This document shows positions 33,801 to 41,811 of a DNA stretch of 64,000 bases, piece after piece. Position 1 is the first letter of the stretch; each line of letters begins with the position of its first letter. The DNA comes from an uncultured delta proteobacterium (GTDB lineage: Bacteria > Myxococcota_A > Polyangia > Polyangiales > B10-G4). The notes beneath the pieces were generated by a model. That model was not told where the DNA came from and did no database searches. It saw only the letters and a program-made list of their open reading frames with translations. Location: the NCBI GenBank assembly GCA_963727445.1, contig CAVSGI010000004.1, positions 128,001-192,000 on the forward strand. The letters run 5' to 3'. The position numbers were made by a program, and so were the translations under genes.

Positions 33801-34303
33801 TGGTGGGCGTCAGTCACATCGCGGTGGTCCTCGCCGAGACCGCGGACCCCAAGCGGCTCTATCGCGAGGGTCGAGACGGGCGCGTGTTCCGCGAGCTGTT
33901 GGAGCTTCGCGAGAGGGTGGAGCACCACGCCGCCGTCGAGGGGGGGACGCTGGTGAAGCTGATGGGCGACGGCGTCCTCGCGGTCTTCACCGACAATCAC
34001 GCGGCGCTGAAAGCCGCGCTCGCCATTCATCGCGAGTCGAGCGCGGCGCGTGTCGTCGCCCACGCAGGCGCCGCCATGATGACCACCATCGACAACCGCC
34101 TGGACTACTTCGGCCGACTCATCTTCGAGTCTCAGTTCTTCGGCGCCAACGTCGCTCCTGGCGAGCTCCTGGTCTCGGAGACCCTCATCGTGGACGAGGC
34201 CACCGCGCAGCTCTTCGCAGCCGAGGCCCCGGGCTCGCGCGTCTTCGTGAAGGAGGGGCTCCTCGCCAATCGCGTCACGCCGGAGGAGGCGGAGGTGGCG
34301 TGA
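30851..34303 (+). CDS. Multidomain Ser/Thr kinase: pseudokinase, active kinase, SRPBCC-like domain, DUF5939-like CxxC region and degenerate class III cyclase
   Basis: Second kinase has GEGGMG, VAIK, HRDVKPAN, DFG, GTPWYMSPE; first lacks them (VEIV, HGL, DFS). PEELWPYVSDTERFNR; CPAC...CDAC; LVKLMGDGVLAVF...LDYFG. Confidence 0.85.
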   Translation: MAQLATLDEFEVLRPLGHGPEGFRYLGRDAGGNDVEIVRLAPLDGHRREELERRIDALIDVRAAGARRIIVASLDSSVPYVVLERVRPLAEVGYDREAATEIIGTLALALAEAHRLGIVHGLIDRERAGIGPDEQPRLDFSGLVVTERTGHTSPPPELAREGIATTAGDVWSLGVLYESLLAAQTRPAGGVDATEADPDRRLRELVDAMKAVDPDRRPSADEVADRLLEAAVMTDETVATRRARRPRDKRTIDVDTGTKLGRFELLAPIGEGGMGRVFRGRDAASGEEVAIKVLSPRRHVDELAVRRFRREARLLSRIDSPAIARFVEANEDGGVLYLAMELVEGDSLKDVMAKGLLPVPRALDIGIEVCRALADIHDLGVVHRDVKPANVLLSSRRVAGTTEIVKLCDFGIARPLDPAEDSGITRAGAAPGTPWYMSPEQCRAASVGVRADVYALGATLFHVLAGEPPFPAREPAVVVAGHLNDPPPDIRSLRPEVDEHVAAIIARALEKDPANRYADGRDMLRELEAARHGERASIVMHPLPSTEGARPSVYRFEWRLASTPEELWPYVSDTERFNRAVGISSVHFSHEPAEHGVQTQARQTAMGMVMEWREHPFEWIAPRRLGVLREHHRGPFAWIRNTVDLTADRGGTLLTHTVEVAPRGTVGRAAASLEIGVRLRRAFARVYQRIDETCVLAKAAQAAMGRVRTGDPYESAPELSLLALRRLDAAQDRLLTRGIAPDVVEALVEHLREAAAQEVAHIRPVALAHRYGVDADAMVRACLWAAQDGALELLWDIICPACRIPSSIVETMAQLREHARCDACDIDFELDLARSVELVFRAHPSLRQSDQATYCIGGPAHSPHVLAQVRLDPGERFLLDPELAEGAYRLAGRWSDKSWEFRVARQAPHDEWHLRLERGLSSNASRSLRPGKVRILLENDQEHEAVVRLERADGRSEAFTASHAASHPLFRELFPSEVLSPDQLVGVSHIAVVLAETADPKRLYREGRDGRVFRELLELRERVEHHAAVEGGTLVKLMGDGVLAVFTDNHAALKAALAIHRESSAARVVAHAGAAMMTTIDNRLDYFGRLIFESQFFGANVAPGELLVSETLIVDEATAQLFAAEAPGSRVFVKEGLLANRVTPEEAEVA

Positions 34304-35648
34304 CCCACGGACCGTCCGAGGCGGTTGCCGTCATCCCCTTCACTCGTCGCTCTCGAGAGATCAGCAGCCAGCTCGCGAAGAGCGAGCCGAAGAGCATCGA
34401 GAAGCCCACACCCACCGACGCCGCCCCCCACTCGAGGGGGGTATCCGGCGCCTCCACCCAGCCGCGCACGACCGCGAGGTGAAGCAGCAGCGGCGACAGT
34501 GACGTCGCGAGCGCCGGCCTTTGGAAGTGCATACAGAGCGCGACACCGGCGACCACCAGGGTGGCGTCGAGCCAGAGGTGGTGCGGCGGCCAGTGTCCGC
34601 CCAACCACCCGGAGCTCCACGCGGCGAGGTGAGACGCGAAGAGCATGCCCATGAGCAGGCGTGGTCGCGCCTCGTCGCTCACGTCGATCGCGACCACGAC
34701 GGCGTGCTGGTGTAGCGGCTCGTAGCTCCGGTAGGGCGGCGCGGGCGCGGTGGTCGTCCGCACGGCCATGCGCGCGAGGCGCGCGCGCCAGGCGACGAGA
34801 CCCAGGGTGGTCGCAGCCATCAAGGCGATCAGCCAGAGATTCGAGGGCGCGAACCAGGTGGCGCTCAGGAGCGCGAGCGCGACACCGATCCACACCTCGG
34901 ACTCGCGGCGCGCGAAGCGGATGGCGAGGAGCGGCACGATCGGGACGAGGAAACCCACGTCGAAGAAGTAGTCCGAGCCCCAGAACGTGACGCGAGCCAC
35001 CGCCATCGCGCTCCACAAGAGCCACACGCCGTAGATCGAGCGTCGCCCGCGGACGTCCCAGCCGATCGCGCTCTCGACGTTGCGCGTGGTCCAGAGGCCG
35101 GCGGTGCCGAGGGCGAAGACCCAGAGCGCCGAAAGGAGCGACCGGGCCTCCGGACTGGCGACGCGGAAGAAATGCGGCAGGAGCGCGAGACCCAGCGCGC
35201 CGATCGCCGCGACGCCCAGCGCCGAAGGGGAGACGCGCAGTTGGAGAGCCCGGCAGAGGAGCAGGAGCTTCCCGAAGAAGAGGACGAGCCACACCGCGGT
35301 CGCCAGCCTGCCGGCGACGCCGAGGTAGGAGCAGGTCTCCACGTGCAGCATGGGGTCGCACTGGAAGAGCGCCGCGAGGAGGCCGAGCATCGCCGCCGGG
35401 CGGCGGCGGCCCAGGCGAAAGAGGAGGGCGGCGCCCCCGATCAACGCAAAGGCGTACACCTCTGCGATGGCGGCGACGCCCATGATCGCGGGCACGGAAT
35501 CGCCGCGGGTCATCTCCTGCGACAGCAGAGTCGACCCTCCACAAACGAAGGCAGCGCTCGCCAGGTAGAGAGGGTTGTACTCGACCAACCAGCGATGGAG
35601 CAGCCGCTCCATACGGGATCGCTCCGGCGTTTCGGCGTCGTCGTGCAT
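34275..35648 (-). CDS. Polytopic membrane protein of unknown function
   Basis: More than 10 hydrophobic segments; AAGGAG RBS; YNPLYLASA N-terminal motif. Confidence 0.7.
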   Translation of the reverse strand: MHDDAETPERSRMERLLHRWLVEYNPLYLASAAFVCGGSTLLSQEMTRGDSVPAIMGVAAIAEVYAFALIGGAALLFRLGRRRPAAMLGLLAALFQCDPMLHVETCSYLGVAGRLATAVWLVLFFGKLLLLCRALQLRVSPSALGVAAIGALGLALLPHFFRVASPEARSLLSALWVFALGTAGLWTTRNVESAIGWDVRGRRSIYGVWLLWSAMAVARVTFWGSDYFFDVGFLVPIVPLLAIRFARRESEVWIGVALALLSATWFAPSNLWLIALMAATTLGLVAWRARLARMAVRTTTAPAPPYRSYEPLHQHAVVVAIDVSDEARPRLLMGMLFASHLAAWSSGWLGGHWPPHHLWLDATLVVAGVALCMHFQRPALATSLSPLLLHLAVVRGWVEAPDTPLEWGAASVGVGFSMLFGSLFASWLLISRERRVKGMTATASDGPWVTPPPPPPA

Positions 35649-35698
35649 GCGTCTCCTTCGCGGGCGCTCCTCCTGGCTCCGCTTCCTTCGCCAAGTGG

Positions 35699-35714
35699 TG
35701 CAACGCGAGTGCCA
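35699..35714 (-). promoter_or_regulatory. Sigma54 (-24/-12) promoter
   Basis: TGGCACT-CGCG-TTGCA on the minus strand, 50 bp upstream of ATG 35648; near-consensus TGGCACG-N4-TTGCW. Confidence 0.75.
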
Positions 35715-35843
35715 TCGAGCGCGCCTCGCATTTCGCGCGAAAGCCGCCCGCCGAAGTCGGTGGCTCCTGTCAGCCCGACACAGGCCGCGGCCCGAAGCTG
35801 CCGATGTGACAACGGGCCGACGCGATGGACCGACGCGATGCGC

Positions 35844-36359
35844 TCAGGCGTAGACGGTCGTTTCGGGGACGTCCGGCGTCTCGTCGCGTGCCGGGTCCTC
35901 GAGCCCGAGCTCTTCGAGGGGGTCGCCGTCCCAGAGGCGACCGCGGAGCATGTGCCCGTACATCTTGAAGTCCGAGAGGAGCGACCAGAGCGGATACTCG
36001 AAGGTCGCGGGGCGGTTCTTCTCGAAGCCGAAGTGCCCGGCCCAGGCGCAGCCGTAGGCCCACACCACGCCGGCCGGGAAGAGCACTGGTGACGCGAGCG
36101 AAGGGAGCGCCACCATCGCGGCGACGTGCCCCCAGGATTTCTTCTCGCCCTCGTGCTTCACCCCGTGGGTGAAGATGCTGGCGAAGCCTGCCATCGCGAG
36201 CGGAAAGGTGACCGGATTGGTCGCGACGCTCCCGGCGACCGCTGCCAAGAACCCGCTCGTCCCGACGAAGTGGAGGCGCCGCGATTTCGGATCGCGATGC
36301 TCCGACAGGTAGTGGGGCCAGAACTCTTCGTAGCTCGAGATGCGCTCTTTCGTCGTCAT
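35844..36359 (-). CDS. DUF962 / Mpo1-like membrane protein
   Basis: SYEEFWPHYLSEH...SRRLHFVGT and AWAGHFGFEKNRPATFEYPLWSLLSDFKM motifs. Confidence 0.88.
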   Translation of the reverse strand: MTTKERISSYEEFWPHYLSEHRDPKSRRLHFVGTSGFLAAVAGSVATNPVTFPLAMAGFASIFTHGVKHEGEKKSWGHVAAMVALPSLASPVLFPAGVVWAYGCAWAGHFGFEKNRPATFEYPLWSLLSDFKMYGHMLRGRLWDGDPLEELGLEDPARDETPDVPETTVYA

Positions 36360-36366
36360 GTCGGGT

Positions 36367-36948
36367 TCATCCTTCGAGGTCGTCGGCCAGCTCACCGCGG
36401 GTCGCCGGGCTCAGCGGGGCTTTCGCTTCGTAGCTCGGATGGCTCACGACCAGCGCCGCTTCCGCGCTCGCGTCGCGGAGGGCGGCCGCCGCGTCCCTGC
36501 CGGGAGCGAAGAAGAGATAGTTCACGGCGGGTAGACGCCCCGGCTCCTCGCCGGGGAGCGGGCGAAAACGGGCGGGGTGTGTGGCGTCGCCGATCTGGAG
36601 CGCCACGTGCTCGCCCAGGTCGGCCATCGCGTCGAGGGCTCTTCTGCGCTCGGTCTGATCGTCGTACTCGATCATCAGCGTCGCGCTCAGCTCGCCGTCG
36701 CCCGGCACCAGCTCGTTGTAGGTCTCGAGCTCGTGGTGGATGGCCTTGTCCGCGCTGATGCGTTCGGTGCGGAGCATTTCCTGGATCTGCAGCAGCGCGG
36801 TGTCGTGGTTTTCGAAGACGAAGGTCATGTGCTCGCCCACCGACACGCGACGCCGCTTCTTCGCCTCGATCATTCGGCCGCGAAAGTGCTCCCGGATCTT
36901 CTCGTACTCGCCCAGATCGAGGAGCTCGGAACGCTGAACCTTCTTCAT
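36367..36948 (-). CDS. DUF3501 family protein
   Basis: YEKIR...KKRRRVSVG...FEN...QIQEMLRTER...ELETYNELVP...LSATLMIEY; context with rubrerythrin. Confidence 0.9.
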   Translation of the reverse strand: MKKVQRSELLDLGEYEKIREHFRGRMIEAKKRRRVSVGEHMTFVFENHDTALLQIQEMLRTERISADKAIHHELETYNELVPGDGELSATLMIEYDDQTERRRALDAMADLGEHVALQIGDATHPARFRPLPGEEPGRLPAVNYLFFAPGRDAAAALRDASAEAALVVSHPSYEAKAPLSPATRGELADDLEG

Positions 36949-38293
36949 GCTTCTCTGTGCTCCTCGGTCCGAATGGACAGGCGCTCGGGTCGCACGGGGG
37001 GAGCCCGTAGGCTTCGTTCAGCAGCTCCACCGGATGCACCGCCGGGCGGCCGAGCTCCTGCTCGAGCCGCAGCCCCGCCAGAGGGCAGTCGGTGGCGACC
37101 ACGTCGAAGGTGTCGCTGCTCATCTCGTCGACGAGCTTCTTCGCGTACTTGCGGCCGAGCTCGAAGTACTGCGCTTTCATCCCCCAGGTGCCGTCCACCG
37201 CGCTGCATTCCTGGACCGCGACCACGCGCGTGTCGGGGATCTTGCGGAAGATGCGCTGGGTCGGGAAACCGATCTTCTGCGCGCGCAGATGGCAGGGTGC
37301 GTGGTAACCCACCTTGCCCAGCGCACGCTCGAACTCGAGGGAGAGCTCGTCTTCCAAAAAGAGCCGGAAGAAGAACTCCATCAGGTCGAAGGTGTTTTCG
37401 GCCACCGCCCGCGCTTCGGGCGTCCCGAGAAGCTCGGGATAGTCCTTCTTGAGCACGTAGCTGCAGGTCGGACCGGGGGCGATGATCTTTCGACCCTTGT
37501 CGACGTGCGGGAAGAGCGTCGCCACGTTCCGGGCGGCCTTCTCCTTGGCGGCCGCGATGTCGCCGCCGTCCATGTTGGGCATGCCGCAGCAGGTCTGTTC
37601 CCCGGGGACCTTCACAGCGAAGCCGTTGTGCTCGAGGCACTGCACCGCGGCGACGCCGGCGGTGGGAAGATTGAAGTTCACCGTGCAGGTGGTGAAGAGG
37701 ACGACCTCGCCCTTCTCGCCGGCGGTGGGGAGCGCGCGATGCTCGCCGAACCACTTGAAGAGCGTCTTGCTCGCGAACGGGGGCAGGTTGAACTCGCTGG
37801 ACATGCCAGTGACGCCCTGTTGCACCTTGCGCAGGAGCTGAACCTTCGACACCAGGTTCGCCATCGGCGCGGCGGGGCCGCTCGCGAGCTTGCCGAGGAG
37901 CTGCGGCTCTCCCAGCACCTGATCCTGGATGGTGACGCCGTCGCGCTTCGCGCGTTGGGCCTTGTGGCGGAGCATCAAGCGCGGGAAGTCCACCATCCAC
38001 TCGTGGCCGTCATCCGGCGTGTAGGGGCACTTGAAGTAGCAGAGCTTGCACTGAAAGCAGAGGTCGTTGACGACGCGGTAGTCCGCGTCGTCGAAGCGCT
38101 CCACTTCGCCCATCCCGCGCGCGACGTAGCCATCGACGCGCTCGAAGAGCGCCGGGAACGATGGGCAGAAGCCCACGCACATCCGGCAGCTGTGGCAGAT
38201 GCTGAAGACCCGCTCGAGCTCGCGTTCGAGGTCCCTGGGATCCCAGAAGACGGGATCGTTCGGATCGAAGACCGGCGGCCGTTCGGGTTTCAT
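36945..38293 (-). CDS. Fe-S oxidoreductase (GlpC/HdrD-like, CCG domains), about 449 aa after correcting a 1-bp deletion at 36996-37001
   Basis: [12 protein letters not shown] and [13 protein letters not shown] ferredoxin motifs; [26 protein letters not shown]. The corrected tail ends in an ATGA overlap with the DUF3501 gene. Confidence 0.88.
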
Positions 38294-38354
38294 GAGAAGG
38301 GATGCCGAGCCCGGCGCCGACCTCGCGGGCAGCGCCGGACCGCGGCGGGCGCTC

Positions 38355-38774
38355 CTACTTCAGCTCGTCGAGCGCCTTCTGGAAGCGCCCGGCGTGCGAT
38401 TTTTCGGCCTTCGCCAGGGTCTCGAACCACTCGGCGATGTCGTCGAAGCCCTCTTCGCGCGCGGCCTTGGCCATCGACGGGTACATCTCGGTGTACTCGT
38501 AGGTCTCACCGGCGACGGCGGCCGCGAGGTTCAGGTCCGTCGGGCCAATCGGCTTGCCGGTCGCCGGGTCGCCGGACTTCTTGAGGTAGTCCAGGTGCCC
38601 GTGGGCGTGGCCGGTCTCGCCATCGGCCGTGTCCTTGAAGAGGCCGGCGACGTCCGGATAACCCTCGATGTCCGCGACCTTTGCGAAGTAGAGGTAACGC
38701 CGGTTGGCCTGGGACTCGCCGGCGAAGGCGTCCTTGAGGTGTTGCTCGGTCTTGCTGCCCTTGAAGTCGGTCAT
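38355..38774 (-). CDS. Rubrerythrin family protein (short form without rubredoxin domain)
   Basis: [41 protein letters not shown] di-iron motifs; no C-terminal CxxC. Confidence 0.95.
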   Translation of the reverse strand: MTDFKGSKTEQHLKDAFAGESQANRRYLYFAKVADIEGYPDVAGLFKDTADGETGHAHGHLDYLKKSGDPATGKPIGPTDLNLAAAVAGETYEYTEMYPSMAKAAREEGFDDIAEWFETLAKAEKSHAGRFQKALDELK

Positions 38775-38811
38775 GGGGAAAAAGGCCTCCTAGCCATCGA
38801 GAGGAGGAGGT

Positions 38812-38840
38812 TTTATCGGCGGCTCCCCGAGGGGTGTCAA
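38812..38840 (-). promoter_or_regulatory. Candidate sigma70 promoter of the rubrerythrin operon
   Basis: TTGACA-N17-GATAAA on the minus strand upstream of the GGAGG RBS. Confidence 0.45.
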
Positions 38841-38862
38841 GTGAGCTTTCTCCGCCCCGAGC

Positions 38863-39771
38863 CTAACCCCGCGAGAGCAGGGCCAGGCGCTCGGCGCTCG
38901 GTGCATCCTTCGTACTTCGCCGGAACGCGACGGGCTTCAGAACCAACAGAACGCTGACGACGATGCAGGCGGCGCCGACGAGCACGCCGGACTCGCCGAC
39001 CCAGATCCCCGGGTCGTGGGAGGAGCCGTCGAAGGCGCCTTGGATGTTCGAGTTCCACGCGGAATGCAGGACGATCGCGGGCCACACGCTTCCGGTGGAG
39101 AAGCGGTGGTGCGCCATCACGTAGCTCGCGGCGGTGATCTGGACGAAGAACACCAACAGGCTAAGCCACAGCACCTCGCCCGGGCTGTACTGACCGCTGA
39201 TGATCAGCGGGGTATGCCAGAGGAACCAGACGAGGGAGCACACGAGCACCGGGCGCGGGACCCCCGCGTCCACCAGGCGTGTCAGCATGTAGCCGCGCCA
39301 GCCGATCTCCTCCCCCGCGGCGGTGACGGCGGAGAAGAGCACCCCGACCGTTCCCGTCGCGCCGAGGAAGGCGAGGAAGCGAACGAACGGTGACTGATCT
39401 TCGAGCGCCACGAAGATGGCCGGGGGCTCGAAGGTGACGAGGCCGGCTGCCCAGGCGATGCCGTAGCCGATCAGCCCGACCACGATGGGGTAGAGCAGGG
39501 AGACGCCGATCGCGCGCGCGCCGGCCCAGCCGCCCAGTCGAAAGGACACGTCTGCGAAGCCCTCGCGCAGGACGAGTCGGGTGACGATGGACGAAAGACA
39601 CGGCGTCCACATCAGCGCGACGACCAGGGCGACGTGATCGGTGATCGGCCCGCCGCGGGCGATGATCATCCCGTCGACGATCGCGGTCCCGACCAGGGTG
39701 AGGACGCCGTAGACGAGCAGACCTTTGCGGGCGCGCGCACGAACGGCGGGGGTTGGTGGAGCAAGAGGCAT
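38863..39771 (-). CDS. CPBP family intramembrane metalloprotease (type II CAAX/Abi)
   Basis: GEEIGWRGY, WFLWHTP and AIVLHSAWN motifs; multiple TMs. Confidence 0.9.
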   Translation of the reverse strand: MPLAPPTPAVRARARKGLLVYGVLTLVGTAIVDGMIIARGGPITDHVALVVALMWTPCLSSIVTRLVLREGFADVSFRLGGWAGARAIGVSLLYPIVVGLIGYGIAWAAGLVTFEPPAIFVALEDQSPFVRFLAFLGATGTVGVLFSAVTAAGEEIGWRGYMLTRLVDAGVPRPVLVCSLVWFLWHTPLIISGQYSPGEVLWLSLLVFFVQITAASYVMAHHRFSTGSVWPAIVLHSAWNSNIQGAFDGSSHDPGIWVGESGVLVGAACIVVSVLLVLKPVAFRRSTKDAPSAERLALLSRG

Positions 39772-39834
39772 GGCGGTCGAGGTACGGACGAGGAGGGACG
39801 CTATTTCGCCTCGTCCCCTCGTCCCCCGCGACAA

Positions 39835-39850
39835 AGCAGGCGGCGTGCCA
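39835..39850 (-). promoter_or_regulatory. Sigma54 (-24/-12) promoter
   Basis: TGGCACG-CCGC-CTGCT on the minus strand, about 63 bp upstream of the CPBP ATG. Confidence 0.7.
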
Positions 39851-40059
39851 GTGACGGGCGGTCGTTTCTCCACGGATCTCGGCCCGACGCGACCACCCAT
39901 GGAGGGGCCAACGGACCCCGAGCGGCGCCGAGAGGAGCCACCTACGCATGTTTGTGAAGAAGTGTTTTCTCACGCGGCGGGGCTGGAACCGGTCCGAAAA
40001 TGCCCCAGAGTCGTAACGCTCAGAGGTGCGCGGGCCCTCTGCTGTCACGAGGAATGAAC

Positions 40060-40824
40060 ATGAAGTTGCTACGAAACATCGCTCTCGCTCTTCTCTTCGC
40101 AGGTCTGTTCGCGACCACCGCCGAGGCTCAAGTGTCTGCCGCGACGCTGCCCGATCCCAGCGTGGCCGGCGAGCGACTCGACGCCATCTTCGCCAAGCAG
40201 GCCAGCCACGCCGAGTTCGGCCGTTGGGTCCACGGCATCGGCGGCATCGCGATGGGAGGCGCGGGCATCGGGGTGGGCGCCTGGCTCATGCTCGACGACA
40301 GCGTCTGGGACAACCGCGACCTTCAGCTCATCACCGGCGGCCTCATGCTCGGTATGGGCACCGTGGCCCTGACGAGCGGCCTCTACTCGCTCTTCACCCC
40401 CACCTTCGGCGGTGAGCGTTATGAGCGCTTCCGTCTCGCCTACGCCGATGGATTGAGCGAACGAGAGCTCGGGCAATTCGAGGGCGAGCTGCGCCTCGAT
40501 GCGGAGCGCGCGCGCTTCGGGCGCCAGATGCACATCGTGACCGGCTTCGCCAAGATGGTCGGCGGCCTCGGCATCGTCATCGCGACCGCCGCCGCCACGA
40601 CCACGCAAGGCCAGGAGGAGTTCGGCTACATTGCGGGCGGCGTCATCGCCGGGCTCGGACTGCTCACGGCGATCAAGAGCCTCTTCTGCCGGAGCTCTGC
40701 CGAGCGCGCCTGGGAGAGCTACCTGAACGGCGACGTGCCCGAAGCGCGCGCCTCGGTTCAGGTCGACGTGGCGCCGATCATCAGCGGCCAGACGGGCGGC
40801 GTCTCCGTCGTCGGCTCTTTCTGA
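40060..40824 (+). CDS. Exported/membrane hypothetical protein with Gly-rich hydrophobic hairpins
   Basis: GAGGA RBS; signal peptide ending AEA; two pairs of Gly-rich hydrophobic helices; terminal GGVSVVGSF. Confidence 0.7.
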   Translation: MKLLRNIALALLFAGLFATTAEAQVSAATLPDPSVAGERLDAIFAKQASHAEFGRWVHGIGGIAMGGAGIGVGAWLMLDDSVWDNRDLQLITGGLMLGMGTVALTSGLYSLFTPTFGGERYERFRLAYADGLSERELGQFEGELRLDAERARFGRQMHIVTGFAKMVGGLGIVIATAAATTTQGQEEFGYIAGGVIAGLGLLTAIKSLFCRSSAERAWESYLNGDVPEARASVQVDVAPIISGQTGGVSVVGSF

Positions 40825-40863
40825 GTGCTCGTCAGCGATAGAGCGGAGCGCTAAGCTTCGGCC

Positions 40864-41241
40864 GTGACGCTCTTCGAAGAGCTGGGCGGTGAGGAGAGGC
40901 TCCGGCCGATCATCGATCGGTTCGTCGATCGCATGTTCGACGACGTGATGATCGGCTTCTTCTTTGCGCGAGCCAATCGCGAGCGCATCAAGAAGTTCGA
41001 ATACCAGCACGCGGCGGAGTTCCTGGGCGCGCCCATCGCCTACGAGGGACGTCCGTTGGGGGTGGCCCATCGCGCCCACCAAATCATGGGTGGCCAGTTC
41101 CTGAGGCGGAAGGAGATCCTCCGAAAGACGCTGGTAGAGCATCAGGTCCCCCCGCACATCATCGACGCCTGGATGGAGCACGTGGAGTCTCTGAGGCCCC
41201 TGATCACCAACGATCCCGGGGGGGAGTGCATCGAGCACTGA
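40864..41241 (+). CDS. Truncated haemoglobin (2/2 globin, group I-like)
   Basis: TLFEELGG, IDRFVDRMFDD..IGFFF, FLGAPIAYEGRPLGVAH. Confidence 0.88.
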   Translation: MTLFEELGGEERLRPIIDRFVDRMFDDVMIGFFFARANRERIKKFEYQHAAEFLGAPIAYEGRPLGVAHRAHQIMGGQFLRRKEILRKTLVEHQVPPHIIDAWMEHVESLRPLITNDPGGECIEH

Positions 41242-41257
41242 ATCACACCGTGATGGT

Positions 41258-41276
41258 ATAGCAATCGAGTTGCAAT
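41258..41276. promoter_or_regulatory. Candidate Fur-family (Zur-like) operator
   Basis: AT-rich imperfect palindrome ATAGCAA-TCGAG-TTGCAAT upstream of a metal-uptake cluster that encodes its own Fur-family regulator. Confidence 0.5.
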
Positions 41277-41296
41277 AGCACTTCGCTCGCAACGAC

Positions 41297-41325
41297 TTGA
41301 CGCGCCCGGGATCGTCTTTCAATCT
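41297..41325 (+). promoter_or_regulatory. Candidate sigma70 promoter of the TonB cluster
   Basis: TTGACG-N17-CAATCT, 8 bp before the GTG at 41334. Confidence 0.4.
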
Positions 41326-41333
41326 CGACCGCG

Positions 41334-41720
41334 GTGCGCCCGTTCCACCTCGCGTCTGCCTGGCTCTGCCTCTTCGCCCTCCTGCCGGGGGTGGGGCATT
41401 ACTTCATCACACCGCATGGGGTGTGCCCGGAGCACGGCGAGATCACCCACACCCAGATGCGCGGAGGCTCCCCGCATCATCGCGTCGTCCCCTCTTCTGC
41501 GACGGGGTCCGCCGTCCTTCGGGCGGCGACCCCCAGGGCCACCGGCCACGACGCGCACTGCCTCTTCACCTCCGACCGCCGCGAGCATCTTCGCCCCCCG
41601 CCGCGCGGCCTCGCCCTCTCGGCCCCGATCGCCGTGCGACCTTTCCGTCGCACGCCCATGGAGCGAGGGGGCGCGCGCGCCGTCTACGAGCTCGCTCCGA
41701 AGAGCTCCCCACCTGCCTGA
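41334..41720 (+). CDS. His/Cys-rich small exported protein, DUF2946-like candidate regulatory leader
   Basis: Hydrophobic N-terminus; HYFITPHGVCPEHGEITH and HDAHC; C-terminus LAPKSSPPA; directly upstream of the TonB-dependent receptor. Confidence 0.65.
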   Translation: MRPFHLASAWLCLFALLPGVGHYFITPHGVCPEHGEITHTQMRGGSPHHRVVPSSATGSAVLRAATPRATGHDAHCLFTSDRREHLRPPPRGLALSAPIAVRPFRRTPMERGGARAVYELAPKSSPPA

Positions 41721-41744
41721 GCGTCCGTAGGTCGTCGTTCGAAG

Positions 41745-41811
41745 GGCGGCGGGCGTTTCCGCCCGCCACCAAGAGGTGATCCCCGCGCCGCCGAAAGGGG
41801 GGCGGATCACC
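41745..41811 (+). other. Two adjacent GC-rich hairpins in the uORF-receptor intergenic region
   Basis: GGCGGGCG-TTTC-CGCCCGCC (41748-41767) and GGTGATC...CC-GAAA-GG...GATCACC (41775-41811); no U-tract follows. Confidence 0.6.

Noticed and set aside
36392..36944. C-terminal extension or overlapping-gene interpretation of the 633-aa Fe-S oxidoreductase ORF
   Set aside because: Explained by a single-base deletion in a G run; the extension is Arg/Pro/Gly-rich off-frame sequence.
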